Part shown: piece by piece, positions 1 to 12,610 of the stretch
Position numbering within the stretch: the stretch's first letter is position 1
How the letters are laid out: each line of letters opens with the position of its first letter
DNA from: Heterodontus francisci
Taxonomy: Eukaryota
Direction of reading: 5' to 3'
Assembly: GCF_036365525.1 (NCBI RefSeq)
Contig: NC_090382.1
Span: 101,986,595 to 102,050,594 of the forward strand
DNA length: 64,000 nucleotides
Position numbers and translations under genes: made by a program
The notes under the pieces: generated by a model
What the model saw: the letters and a program-made list of their open reading frames with translations, nothing else
What the model was told of the DNA's origin: nothing
Databases searched by the model: none

Positions 1-1184
1 TACCTCTGCACTTTCTACATGTTATTTCTTTATCTCTATTTCTACTAAGGCTTCTGAATCTCCTCAGCCAGACTAACCCAGAGTCAGTTTAATTGCTGCT
101 GAAATACAACTTCACAGCTGACAAAATTGGAAGGTTGGAAATCTTTCCTTATTGTCCAGGGAACAATCATGATGCTTTCTGACAGAAACATGGGGTAATT
201 TGTCTTTGTGCGATAGTGTAAATGGGTAATAATAAATTGGCAGCACATTTCACAGAGATGACTCACTATTGCACATGGTTAAAGTTTCCTGTCTGCTATT
301 CTCCAGAAAGCCTGCTGTTGAAGGATGATGCTGGAGCCCATCTTTACTCAGTCTTGCATTAATTTTACAAAGAAAAATGATTACAAACATGCAGCTCCTC
401 ACTCAAACCTTCACCCAGTTTCAGTCAGTATCTCCTTATATATACACTCAGGTAAGGCCCTAATTAACACCCTCCACATGCATATGATTAAACACAATTA
501 ACACACATTCAGTCCCACACTAAATCCGACTCGCCCAACCTCAATGACATACACAGGCTCTCTGACCCTCACAATCAAATTTAAAATCCTCATCATCATT
601 GACAAATCACTCCACAGCCTCACGCCAATTTATCCCAGCAACTTCCTGCAAGATAATCTCCTTTCACATTCACTGTCTTCCTCTCACTGTCCCCTCTCTC
701 TATTCAACCATTGATGGCAAAAAACCTTCTGTTTCCTCAGCCTGAACCTCTGGTACTCCCTCCCTAAACCCCCTCCACTCAGTTTTTCCCCCTCTTCCTC
801 ATCCAAAGCCCCACTCCCAGCCTCTGTCATTTCCCACTGCCACCATCTCTCCTCTACATTCCCATTATTTTCATCCTCCCCTCTCCCATCCATGGACATT
901 GATTCCCTGCCCTTCCCTCTTCCCTTAGTCCTGCTCCCAGCTCTGTGCTAATTTGAAGGTGAGAGTGTGCAGCAGCTGGAATCACTTCAAATAACAGCAG
1001 AACTCGGTTGGATGTGGCATTGAGGGGAGAGAGGCAAGTTATTTGTTCAATGTTGATATGTGCACCAGATCATCACATGTTGACTCAAAGCATGAAGTGC
1101 TGATAATTGACTGTAACCCACTCTATACATAACAGTTTTATATTAGTAACACTTTAATATTCACTGTTAGGAAACTTAACTTAC

Positions 1185-1454
1185 ATTGAGTCACAGAAAA
1201 ATCTGCTTTTCCTGTGAAAATAATAGAACCATTTTCCTGCACTTCACAAACATACGACTTCTCATCCTTAACTGCAACATGTTTGATTATCAGATAGACT
1301 GTGTTATTTAGTTGGATCTGATCAGTTTTCCTCCTGTTCTGCTCAGATGTGTCTCTCTGTTTCCAATGAAGACTGACTGTATCTGAGAGTTTGGAGATGG
1401 TACAGCTGAGAGTAACATCACTGCCCACCTCAGGCTGCTGTGAACTTGACTCAA
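1185..1454 (-). CDS. Ig-superfamily receptor, copy A: C2/I-type Ig domain exon
   Basis: Acceptor ttttccacag|TT, donor CAA T|GTAAGT, 270 nt, phase 1-1. Motifs GSDVTLSC, LHW and DEKSYVC include the canonical Cys pair. The gene continues beyond the left edge. Confidence 0.9.
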
Positions 1455-2282
1455 CTGTGGAAAACAGATCAATGAGATTTAGCGTAAGTCGTGACATGTA
1501 CAATCTAATGATTAGGTTCAAACTGACCTGAGGATGTGCCCATCATCAACACTTGTACCTCGCTGCAGTAAAGACTCCCGTCAGATTATACACAACTGCA
1601 TCTTATCAGTAAAATAGCACAGTGGAGATAAAAAAAAATTCTCCATTCTCCTCCACCTGCTGGAGTGTCAAGGGTCAAGTCAAGCTTACATAGATTGGAT
1701 GGTATTTGTGGATGCCTGTACAACAATGGACAGGTGGTAGAAACTCACTGGAAGTGGGTGTGATGAAAATGAAAATGCAGTCCCCGTGTTATCTGACATG
1801 GGGAAGGCTCCAGTCCTACCCTGTACTCAATCGGAATAGAACATTTCTGTAGGACCACCCAAAACATGCACTGGGAGCCTGTGCAGAAAATCGAGAGCAA
1901 ACGTCTTCACAGCCTGAGGAGTTATTTAAATTAGTAGGTTTCTAAAATGCTCTTGAGCAGGTCTCCAACCATTGAGCTTCCATGAGGAATGGCACTTCAG
2001 GAGAGGCTTGTTCTAAAAATTCCCACCCTGACTTGTATTCCTACCTGCAACATGACAAGTAAAAATCAAATCTTCAGCAGGGACGTTATTTCTAATGCAG
2101 GCCAAATAAATGATGGCAAACAACCATCTGGTGCTTGAATCATGTGACCTTCCCCATGTACCGCACCATTTGTACCATGAGCAACACTAAAAATGTAAAT
2201 GACTTGACTTTCTATTTTGGTCAATGCTTTCTGGTGCAGTTTGGACCAACACCTCAGGAGCAATGGTCTGGAGCTGGTATAG

Positions 2283-2615
2283 TGGCAGCATAGTGGCGCA
2301 GTGGTTAGCACCGCAGCCTCACAGCTCCAGCGACCGGTTTCAATTCTGGGTACTGCCTGTGTGGAGTTTGCAAGTTCTCCCTGTGTCTGCGTGGGTTTCC
2401 TCCGGGTGCTCCAGTTTCCTCCCACATGCCAAAGACTTGCAGGTTGATAGGTAAATTGGCCATTATAAATTGCCCCTAGTATAGGTAGGGAAATATATAG
2501 GGACAGGTGGGAATATGGAATTAGTGTAGGATTAGTATAAAAATGGGTGGTTGATGGTTGGCACAGACTCGGTGGGCCGAAGGGCCTGTTTCAGTGCTGT
2601 ATCTCTACATACATA
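2283..2615 (+). mobile_element. tRNA-derived HE1-like SINE
   Basis: A box TGGCGCAGTGG, B-box-like GGTTTCAATTC, and a CR1-like tail gggccgaagggcctgtttcagtgctgtat. Confidence 0.85.
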
Positions 2616-3259
2616 GCCAGGATCAAATTTTGGTGACTAGGACACATCAGAATTGGACTGTATTTTGTATCAATTTAATTTGACAGTGAACTTAACCTCA
2701 TTTAGATGTTAAATACATCACCAACCAGCATGTGCAGCTGTTTATTAATATCGTTTGTTGTCAGAATCTAAGACTTTGGTTCATTTATACAGAAGGTTAC
2801 TAAAAAGTACAAGTTCCACAGATGCTTGACTTTCTTTGGGACCTTAAATAAGTGACACATCAAACAGATTCACTGCATTACAATCAGGAGCAGTGATACT
2901 GGCCAATCGTATACCTGTCCCATAGTGCTGAGGTTTATTACTACATGTGACCTATTGATTTGTTGACGGAATTCAGTACATCTTACAGAGAGTGCACCAG
3001 TATACAGACCATAATACTCTCTGTGGGGTAGATTCCTCAGTTTGCTATTTCTGGTGAAATTGTCAAAATGTTTTTACTCATATTGACCATTTCAGGAGAA
3101 ACAATAAACACAATTTTCCCCTGGTTGTTTTCATGAGAGATGCAATCTGCACTGGGTGATATAAATCTCATATGATTCTTGCAATCTCTCAGCATTACAC
3201 ATGAAATTATTTAGAGAGAATCATATTATTGAACATATTCTAGACTTTGTTCCACTCAC

Positions 3260-3601
3260 CTTTGATCCCAAATATTTCATACAGTTTCAGGATTTTTTTA
3301 CTGGGCTGTGTTTGAGTCAGGATGAACAATCCAGCAAGTTTAAATGAGGGTTTTCTAAATCTCAGGTTAAAGGTACCATAATCCTGGTCTATCTTCCAGT
3401 ACAAGTCACTGTTTATAAAGTATCCACTCAATTGTGCTGTCCACCAGCCTGAACTACTTTTGTGAAAAGTACCCAGCTGCTGGATTTCTTGCCCTGAGTG
3501 TGGTTTCCATTCCCAGACAACACGGAGAATTTCAGGATTGTCTGGTCCTTTTAATGAAATGTCATCGCCCTCACCCAAAAAATAAAGATTAATTGGGTTG
3601 C
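3260..3601 (-). CDS. Ig-superfamily receptor, copy A: V-type Ig domain exon lacking both canonical cysteines
   Basis: Acceptor ctctttctaacag|G, donor AAA G|GTGAGT, 342 nt, phase 1-1, open frame. V-set pattern: GDDISL (B), VVWEWKP (C), FNLRF (E), LAGLF (F). Confidence 0.85.
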
Positions 3602-5066
3602 CTGTTAGAAAGAGGAACAATGTAAGTATTTTCATATCTAATCTCACGTTCTTAATTCAGTGTTTGTAAAGATTAACATTCTTAATCTATTTCCAGTCAC
3701 ACTTTAATATCAGGGCACTCACTGGGCAGTCCTGCTTCTATTGCTGTCTTTCAGTGAGGCAGTGAACCTGGAGTGCTGTTGAGGCTCTTTCATGGTACTT
3801 TGAACAGCTGGACCCCCACCCTGTGCCCCTGCATCATCCAGCAAAGAATGCACGGTCTCATGACTCTCCTGCACCTTCCACCAGCGCAGATAATTTCACC
3901 TCAGTGGGTATGAGTTTGGTCTTGGAATCAAGGTCACAAGCTGGTGAAAGCACTCCACACTCACCTGAGCAACTGGCTGAGGCCGGGACAGCCGAGGCCA
4001 CTGACAGTCTGAGGACTCTGGGTGATCAGGCCCATGCTAAGCCCCAGGCTGATGACAAGCCTCTGGTGTTGACAGCACAGGGCATGCTGGAGTTGCAGAG
4101 AGAGGTAAGGCAACATCTAGTGGAGCTGCCAGAGGCAATGCACAGCCATGAGCAGATGATGGAGGATTCCATCCATGCCTTGAGTGCTCCATGTCTCAGG
4201 CCTGTGAGTTCACGGCTTCCTCCATTGAGAGGTTGGCAACCCTCATGGGGAGCCAGATTCCACCGATGTGCACAGGCCTGCACACTATCACTATGGCCAT
4301 GACCGCAATGCAGCATTGGCAAGGCAAGAGCAGGACAAGGTGCCTGGAGTCTTCTGCAGGTTCTCGTCCTTCTCTGGGCAGCAGGGTGGTTCAAGTGAGC
4401 CTTGAAAGGGAGGAAGAGAAGCTGACCTCCACATGTGGGGGCTTCCCTCAGGGCAGAGTGTGGACAGCTCTTCCTCAGTCCCTCAATCAGTAGGCCCAGC
4501 TCCAGTAGCCGTGATGCCTGAGGAGAGTCCTATACCTGTGCAGGAAACTTTCAGGCAGCAGGGGCCCTTCAGGCCTCAGGCAGCCAGAGGACAGCTGTCG
4601 AAGTCATCCCAGGCCAAGCGGCAGCCCGATCGGCAACACACTTCTAATGGCCTTACTAAATTCCACCCACTATTATAACAGAAAACAGAACAATTCTATT
4701 AGACATTGAGTTTCTCTGTTACTACCAAAAAATCAAAATAAAAAGAGAGGACATGGTTAAATCCATGTTGCAGAAAAGAATGACTTCAAATCTCATTGTG
4801 ATTCCTGGTCTACAGGGCACATTATCAGGTTGAACTGGAGTGAACGGGAGAGAAAGTGGTGCAGGATGCGGTTATGTTGTGTCTCCCCCCCCACCCGCCC
4901 ATTTGTCTCGAGATGGGGTTTCCTAAGGTGGGAGGGGATCAGACAGTTCCAGTGTCCTCTCTCCCCGAGTCTGAAATGAGGGAGAGAGAAACCAGCTCTT
5001 GGAATCTGACTTCTAATCTCTTTCTGGGCTTTGCCTTATCTGTGAAGGTGATAACTGTGGCTGTGA

Positions 5067-5338
5067 AGGAGTTTGCAAGTTCTCCCTGTGTCTGCGTGGG
5101 TTTCCTCCGGGTGCTCCGGTTTCCTCCCACATGCCAAAGACTTGCTGGTTGATAGGTAAATTGGCCATTAGCAATTGCCCCTAGTATAGGTAGGTGGTAG
5201 GAAAATATAGGGACAGGTGGGGTTGTGGTAGGAATATGGAATTAGTGTAGGATTAGTATAAATGGGTGGTTGGTGGTCGGCACAGACTCGGTGGGCCGAA
5301 GGGCCTGTTTCAGTGCTGTATCTCTAAACTAAACTAAT
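5067..5338 (+). mobile_element. 5'-truncated HE1-like SINE (copy A only)
   Basis: Matches 2365-2610; (taaac)n tail; empty site at ~40480 in copy B. Confidence 0.85.
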
Positions 5339-6527
5339 GCACTTCACGTTAATGCATTCGAATATTTCCAAGTGGCCTCTGGTGACATTGGTCATATTGT
5401 TCAGTCAATTGTTCGTCATTCACTGGACTGTATTTCCACTTTGAAATCATCATCTGCCTTTATTTTAAGGGTAAGACTAAATTAATAAAATCCTCATGAT
5501 AACCATTTTATCCATACTTTCACATGGGATTTTTCTAAAGCAGTAAATCCCATTGTCTGTGAGCTTTGATAAAATAACAACTCACATCACAATTACTAGA
5601 AACACAATGGCTCTGTACACATTGTATTCACAATGAAGTTTAAACACATTTGGACACAAAACCAAGATGTGACCCAATGTGAGGATCAGCAACAAACCTT
5701 CAAACCTTTTCAAATTAACATTTATCCAAACAGTAACTTTTACGACAAAAGCAAAAGACTGCAGATGCTGGAAATCTGAACTAAAAAGAGAAAATGCTGG
5801 AAACGCTCAGCAGATCAAGTAGCATCTGTGGAGAGCGAAACAGTTCAGGTCGATGACCTTTCATCAGTTTTGACAGACCCGCTGAGTCTTTCCAGCATTC
5901 TCTGCAGATATTATAAGGTGCACAGGCTCGAACAACAAAGGATTCTCAACTATCCCTAATTTTACAAAAACAATTATTCACGTTTAAAATAAAAACAAGA
6001 AATGCTGGAAATACTCAGCAAGTCTGGCAGCATCGGTGGAGAGAGAAGCAGAGTTAACGTTTCAGGTCAGTGACCCATCATCAGACTCATCATATTGACA
6101 TTTGACTACTGTTATACATTTGAAACCGTTCTGTACCACATACAATCTGTTGACTTTTGAATGATTCAATGTTAAATACAATGGAATACATAATGGCTCC
6201 ACAGAGTGAATGAGACACTTTGAAATATGACATCCAGCTGTGTGATGGCAGGTTGTTAGCAAGAGTAGATTCATAGACAGATAGAGGGATAGATAGATAG
6301 ATAGATAGAAGGAGATGAAGAACAATGAGAAATATGCTCACAGTTTTCATTTTATTCAGTTGTTCCATGATCGGAATATACAAAGTGAAAAACACATTGT
6401 CTTTAAAGGAGCAGGGACTTGAAAATAAAAGCCTTTGTTCCTTTTGCAATAGAAGCTGCATGAATTCATTAAACCCTGTGATATAGTAAAACAATATGAC
6501 TGTGATTGGTGGAAATAAGACACTTAC

Positions 6528-6588
6528 TTTGTGTGAAAACAGACGGAATTAGAAACACCAAGAAAATGAACATCAAATCAGTTGGCAT
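6528..6588 (-). CDS. Ig-superfamily receptor, copy A: signal-peptide exon (MPTDLMFIFLVFLIPSVFTQ + phase 1)
   Basis: ATG at 6588, hydrophobic leader, donor CAA A|GTAAGT at 6528/6527, upstream acceptor ttcttacag|G at 6613/6612. Phase 1 joins in frame to the 3601 exon (A+GC = Ser). Confidence 0.85.
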
Positions 6589-6834
6589 TTTGCTGCAGAT
6601 TCAGTCTTTTCCCTGTAAGAAATATACATATAGTTATAGATATATATCATGTATCTTTAAATCCAATATATACCACCAGAAAATCACCTGACATAAAACT
6701 GAGGCATATTTCTTCAATGTGTTTAACACGACATTCTTTTGAGGAAAAGAAATAAGCTAAAACAACTTGATAAATTATTTCCTTATTCAAACATAGAACT
6801 GTAAAATGGACAATAAACATCTTTTGTAAAGTGC

Positions 6835-6856
6835 TCCGCCTCTTCCTGTGATAAAT
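6835..6856 (-). promoter_or_regulatory. Candidate promoter: overlapping ETS (ACAGGAAG) and GATA (TGATAA) sites; identical in copy B at ~42051-42072
   Basis: ctccgcctcttcctgtgataa lies ~250 bp upstream of the leader ATG. A possible 5'UTR intron spans 6613-6687 (cag|gtgatt ... ttacag). Motif match only. Confidence 0.35.
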
Positions 6857-8197
6857 GTATTTAAAATTACTCATCCTAGATTATGATGGACCATGTATAA
6901 TGTACCCCTTATCCACCAGTCACATTGACTTTCCAACTGAAAATGAATGAATTGAATTAGGTAGAAAACGAGGAATTTAATTACCTGTTTTCGGAAGAGT
7001 GGACAAAATGTAAACTTACGAAAGATCTCTTCACTCAAATTTTCACTTACACCTAGGTAAATAAAACTAATCAGAAAACTTAGGAATTTAAATAACTGAG
7101 TATGAATTAACAGCAATCAATATTTTGTCCTCAACTGCTGCTACACATATTGAGAATATTGTTACAATAATATGCTTTCAAAGGCATTATCAATGCAGAA
7201 TCACCTATGATCAACATCATGGGGGAGACACTATTGACCAGAAACTCAACTGTACCAGGAATATAAATGTCGTGGCTGGTGAAGAAGGTCAGAGGCCGGG
7301 TGCACTGTGGCAAGTGCCTCCCCAATATCTTTCCACCGAAGTCAGGCATCTGATGGAATACTATCTGGGTGTAAGGATGGTTGCATTTGCAACAACACTC
7401 AAGAACAACATCTCCCATCAGTTCTTGTAGGTTTGCTGTATGCTCTGATATGTGAGACGTGAAAGAACACATGTACTGGATCAAGCCAAGAACATTTCTC
7501 AGCTCCTTCTTGTCATTGGAGCTTCCATCTCAGAAATAGCTGTGACTTTTTCAGGACTCGGCTATCAGATGTGTAAACCATTCCAAAGAACTGACATTCT
7601 GTCACTTTCACAGTGCATTTATTTGCGATTAGCTTGATCCCATCTTTCTTAGTTTCCTCCATGGTTTCATGTAGATGGCAGTTATGGTCTTTTTATCTCC
7701 ACCATAGATCTGGATATCATGAGCTTTGCTGATTGCTCCTTTGCATCCCTGTATATCTTGTCTATTTTCTGCTGGAACACATCCTGGCTCACTTCAAGGC
7801 CAAGAGGTAAACACAGGAATTTGTACGTCCAAAGGGTGTGTTGAATGTTGTCAACAGCGAATATTCCTCATCAAGCTTCACGTTCCACTAGCCATTTCCG
7901 GCGTCTAGCTTTCTTTTATTTCACATTTCCCCTGTTGCTCTGCCTCTAGTAATTCCTTTACCATCTACTTTCTTTGTTTTGCACATCTTTTCCTGGTGAT
8001 TGGGCTTGTCACAAGCTCTGCACTTTGATTTGTACGCAGGACATTTCTTTCTGTCTGTGAACTCATGTCGCCATCCATTTCTCATAGAGAGATACTGCAC
8101 CGAAACAGGCCCTTCAGCCCACTGAGTCTGCGTTGACTATCAACCACCCATTTGTACTAATCCTACATTAATCCCATTTTTCCCTGCTCACATCCCC

Positions 8198-11100
8198 ATA
8201 GAACATAGAACATAGAACACAGAGCAGTACAGCACAGTACAGGCCCTTCAGCACATGATGTTGTGCCGAACCTTTAACCTACTCTCGGAACAAACTACCT
8301 ACATACCCTTCATTCTACGATCATCCATGTACCTATCCAAGAGTCGCTTAAATGTCCCTAATGTACCTGATTCTACTACCACCGCTGGCAGTACATTCCA
8401 CGCACCCACCACTCTCTGGTAAAGAACCTACCTCTGACATCTTCCCGAAACCTTCCTCCAATCACCTTAAAATTATGCCCCCTGGTGATAGCCCTTTCCA
8501 CCCTGGGAAAAAGTCTCTGACTATCCACTCTATCTATGCCTCTCATCATCTTGTACCCCTCTATCAAGACACCTCTCATCCTTCTTCGCTCCAATGAGAA
8601 AAGCCCTAGCTCCCTCAACCTTTCTTCGTAAGACATGCCCTCCAGTCCAGGCAGCATCCTGGTAAATCTCCTCTGCACCCTCTCTAAAGCTTCCACATCC
8701 TTCCTATAATGAGGCGACCAGAACTGAACACAATATTCAAAGTGTGGTCGAACCAGGGCTTTATAGAGCTGCAGCATAACCTCACGGCTCTTAAACTCAA
8801 TCCTCCTGTTAATGAAAGCCAACACACCATACGCCTTCTTAACAACCCTGTCAACTTGGGTGGCAACTTTGAGCGATCTATGGACATGGACCCCAAGATC
8901 CCTCTGTTCCTCCACACTACCAAGAATCCTGTCTTTAAGCCTGTATTCTGCATTCAAATGCGACCTTCCAAAATGAATCACTTCACACTTTTCCAGGTTG
9001 AACTCCATCTGCCACTTCTCAGCCCAGCTCTGCATCCTATCAATGTCCCGTTGCAACCTACAACAGACTTCCACACTATCCACAACTCCAGCAACCTTTG
9101 TGTCATCAGCAAACTTGCTAACCCAGCCTTCCACTTCCTCATCCAAGTCATTTATAAAAATCACAAAGAGCAGAGGTCTCAGAACAGATCCCTGCGGAAC
9201 ACCACTGGTCACCGAGCTCCAGGCTGAATACTTTCCATCTACTACCACCCTCTGTCTTCTATGGGCCAGCCAATTCTGTATCCAGACAGCCAAATTTCCC
9301 TGTATCCCATGCCTCCTTACTTTCTGAATGAGCCTACCATGGGGAACCTTATCAAACGCCTTGCTAAAATCTATATACACCACATCCACTGCTCTTCCTT
9401 CATCAACGTGTTTTGTCACATCGTCAAAGAATTCAATAAGGCTTGTGAGGCATGAACTGCCCCTCACAAAGCCATGCTGACTGTCTCTAATCAAACTATG
9501 CTTTTCCAAATAATCATAAACCCTGATTCTCAGAATCCTCTCCAATAATTTGCCCACTACCGACGTATGACTGACTGGTCTATAATTCCCAGGGTTATCC
9601 CTATTCCCTTTCTTGAACAAGGGAATAACATTTGCCACCCTCCAATCATCCGGTACCACTCCAGTGGACAGTGAGGACGCAAAGATCATCGCCAAAGGCG
9701 CGGCAATCTCTTCCCTCGCTTCCCGTAATATCCTTGGGTATATCCCGTCTGACCCCGGGGACTTATCTGTCCTCATGTCTTTCAAAATTTCCAGCACATC
9801 CTCCCTCTTAACATCAACCTGTTCGAGCATATCAGCCTGTTTCACGCTGTCCTCACAAACAACCAGGTCCCTCTCACTAGTGAATACTGAAGCAAAGTAT
9901 TCATTTCGGACCTCCCCCACCTCCTCCGACTCCAGGCACAAGTTCCCTCCACTATCCCTGATTGGCCCTACCCTCATTCAGGCCATCCCCTTGTTCCTCA
10001 CATAAGTGTAGAACACCTTGGGATTTTCCTTAATCCTACCCGCCAAGACCTTCTAGCTCTCCTAAGTCCATTCTTCAGTTCCTTCCTGGCTACCTTGGAA
10101 CCCTCTAGCGCCCTGTCTGATCCTTGCTTCCTCAACCTTAAGTAAGCTTCCTTCTTCCTCTTGACTAGCTGTTCCACATCTCTTGTCATCCAAGGTTCCT
10201 TCACCCTACCATCCCTTCCTTGCCTCATCGGGACAAACCTATCCAGCAGTCGCAGCAAGTGCTCCCTAAACAACCTTCACATTTCTGTCGTGCATTTCCC
10301 TGAGAACGTCTGTTCCCAATTTATGCTCCCCATATCCTGCCTAATATCATTGTAATTTCCCCTCCCCCAATTAAATATTTTCCCATCCCGTCTGCTCCTG
10401 TCCCTCTCCATGACTATAGTAAAGGTCAGGTAGTTGTGATCACTATCACCGAAATGCACTCCCACCAAGAGATCTGCCACCTGGCCTGGTTTGTTGCCAA
10501 GCACCAAATCCAACATAGCCTCCCCTCTAGTCGGCCTATCTACATATTGAGTCAGGAAACCTTCCTGGACACACCTGACAAAAACTGCTCCATCCAAACT
10601 ATTTGCACTAAGGAGGTTCCAATCAATAGTAGGGAAGTTGAAGTCACCCATGACAACAACCCTGTTACTTCTGCACCTTTCCAAAATCTGCCTCCCAATC
10701 TGTTCCTCCATGTCTCTGTTGCTATTGGGGGGTCTATAGAAAACTCCCAATAAAGTGACTGCTCCTTTCCTGTTTCTGACTTCCACCCATAATGACTCAG
10801 ACAAACCCTCCTCGACGACCTCCCTTTCTTCAGCTGTGATACTATCCCTGATTAGCAATGCCACTCCACCACCTCTTTTACCTCCCTTCCTATTCCTTTT
10901 GAAACATCTAAACCCCGGAACATCCAACATCCATTCCTGCTCCTGTGATATCCAAGTCTCCGTAATGGCCACAACATCATAGCTCCAAGTACTGATCCAT
11001 GCTCTAAGTTCATCACCCTTATTCCTGACACTTCTTGCATTAAAATAGACACACTTCAACCCATCATACTGGCTGCAACTTTGCCCTGTCAACTGTCTAA

Positions 11101-12610
11101 CCTTCCTCGCAGACTCTCTGCACTCTGTATCTGCCTGTTCAACAGCTACCCCATCCACTGATCCGTTGCTCCGGTTCCCATCCCCCTGCCAAACTAGTCT
11201 AAACCCTCCCGAAGAGCGCTAGCAAACCTCCCGCCCAGGATATTGGTGCCCCTCCAGTTCAGATGCAACCCGTCCTGCTTGTACAGGTCCCACCTTCCCC
11301 AGAAGGTATCCCAATGATCCACATATCTGAAGCCCTCCCTCCTACACCAGCTCTGTAGCCACGTGTTCAGCTGCACTCGCTCTCTGTTTCTAGCCTCACT
11401 AGCACGTGGCACCGATATCAATCCTGAGATTACTATCCGGCTCATCCTGCCTTTTAGCTTCCAACCTAACTCCCTATATTCACTTTTCAGGTCCTCATCC
11501 CTTTTCCGAGCTATGTCATTGGTACCGATGTGTACCACAACTTCTGGCTGCTCCCCCTCCCCCTTAAGAATCCCGTAGACTCAATCCGAGACATCCCTGA
11601 CCCTGGCACCCGGGAGGCAACATACCATCCGGGAGTCTCGTTCGCGACCACAGAATCTCCTGTCTGTTCCTCTTACTATTGAATCTCCTATCACTATCGC
11701 TCTCCTATTCTCCCCCCTTCCCTTCTGAGCCACAGAGCCAGGCTCAGTGCCAGAGACCTGACCGCTGTGGCTTTCCCCTGGTAGGTCATCCCCCCCAACC
11801 GTATCCAAAACGGTATACTTATTATTGAGGGGAACGGCCACAGGGGATCCCTGCACTGTGCGCCTATTCCCTTTCCCTCCCCTGACGGTCACCCAGCTAC
11901 CTTTATCCTGTAATTTAGGTGTCACTACTTCCCTATAACTGCTCTCTATCACCCCCTCAGCCGCCTGAATGATCCGAAGTTCATTCAGCTCCAGCTCCCT
12001 AACGCGGTCTGTGAGGAGCTGGAGTTGGGTGCACTTCTCACAGGTGAAGTCAGCAGGGACACAAGTGGTGACCCTTACCTCCCACATCCTGCAAGAGGAA
12101 CATGCAACTGCCCTAGCTTCCATCCCTTCTGCTCTAAATTGACACAGAGATTAAGTAAAAATAAAGGAAAACCTTACCTTACCAAACCCTCCACACAAGA
12201 GTCCTTTTTTTTGGTTAGAGGAGGAGGATGGGTGGGAGACACTACAGGTGCAGTGTTTCGGGTTTAGCCACTGCCCGAATATATAAGTTCACTTACCCAG
12301 CAGTCCCCGTGTCCGCGTCCGCCGAATCACTAGGTAAGTACTTTATAGTGAAACTTACCTTCCCAGCTGCCCCCTGGCTCGCACTCTCACTGCTACCGCT
12401 GTTCAAAAAGAAGCTGCCGAATCGCTAGGTAAATACTTTATACTGAAACTTACCTTCCCAGCTGCCCCCTGGCTCGCACTCTCACTGCTACCGCTGTTCA
12501 AAACGAAGCTGCCGAATCGCTAGGTAAGTACTTTATACTGAAACTTACCTTCCCAGCTGCCCCCTGGCTCGCACTCTCACTGCTACCGCTGTTCAAAAAG
12601 AAGCTGCCAA
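8198..12610 (-). mobile_element. Full-length CR1 (HER1-like) LINE #1, disrupted
   Basis: ORF1 11194-12123 has a Zn finger (CSSC..CEKC), coiled coil and SGNH esterase motifs (GDS, GTND, DGLH), with one nonsense codon. ORF2 APE-RT (GVPQGSVL, FADD) spans 8376-11158 with a stop and frameshifts. The 3' end has a (TTCTATG)n tail. Inserted inside a SINE; absent from copy B. Confidence 0.95.
12325..12610 (-). repeat. Three tandem 95-bp monomers at the 5' end of CR1 #1
   Basis: taggtaa...gaagctgccgaatcgc repeats at 12331, 12426 and 12521. Confidence 0.9.

Noticed and set aside
1185-6588. Naming the gene CD4, LAG3 or G6F
   Set aside because: The architecture is reminiscent, but the D2 F strand reads YVC rather than WxC, the TM is charged, and no CxC or ITAM is seen. 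Orthology cannot be shown by eye.
8709-10982. Plus-strand ORFs over CR1 elements
   Set aside because: Antisense shadows of RT/APE coding sequence.
12325-12610. CRISPR-like array
   Set aside because: Head-to-tail 95-bp repeats with no unique spacers, in a vertebrate LINE UTR.
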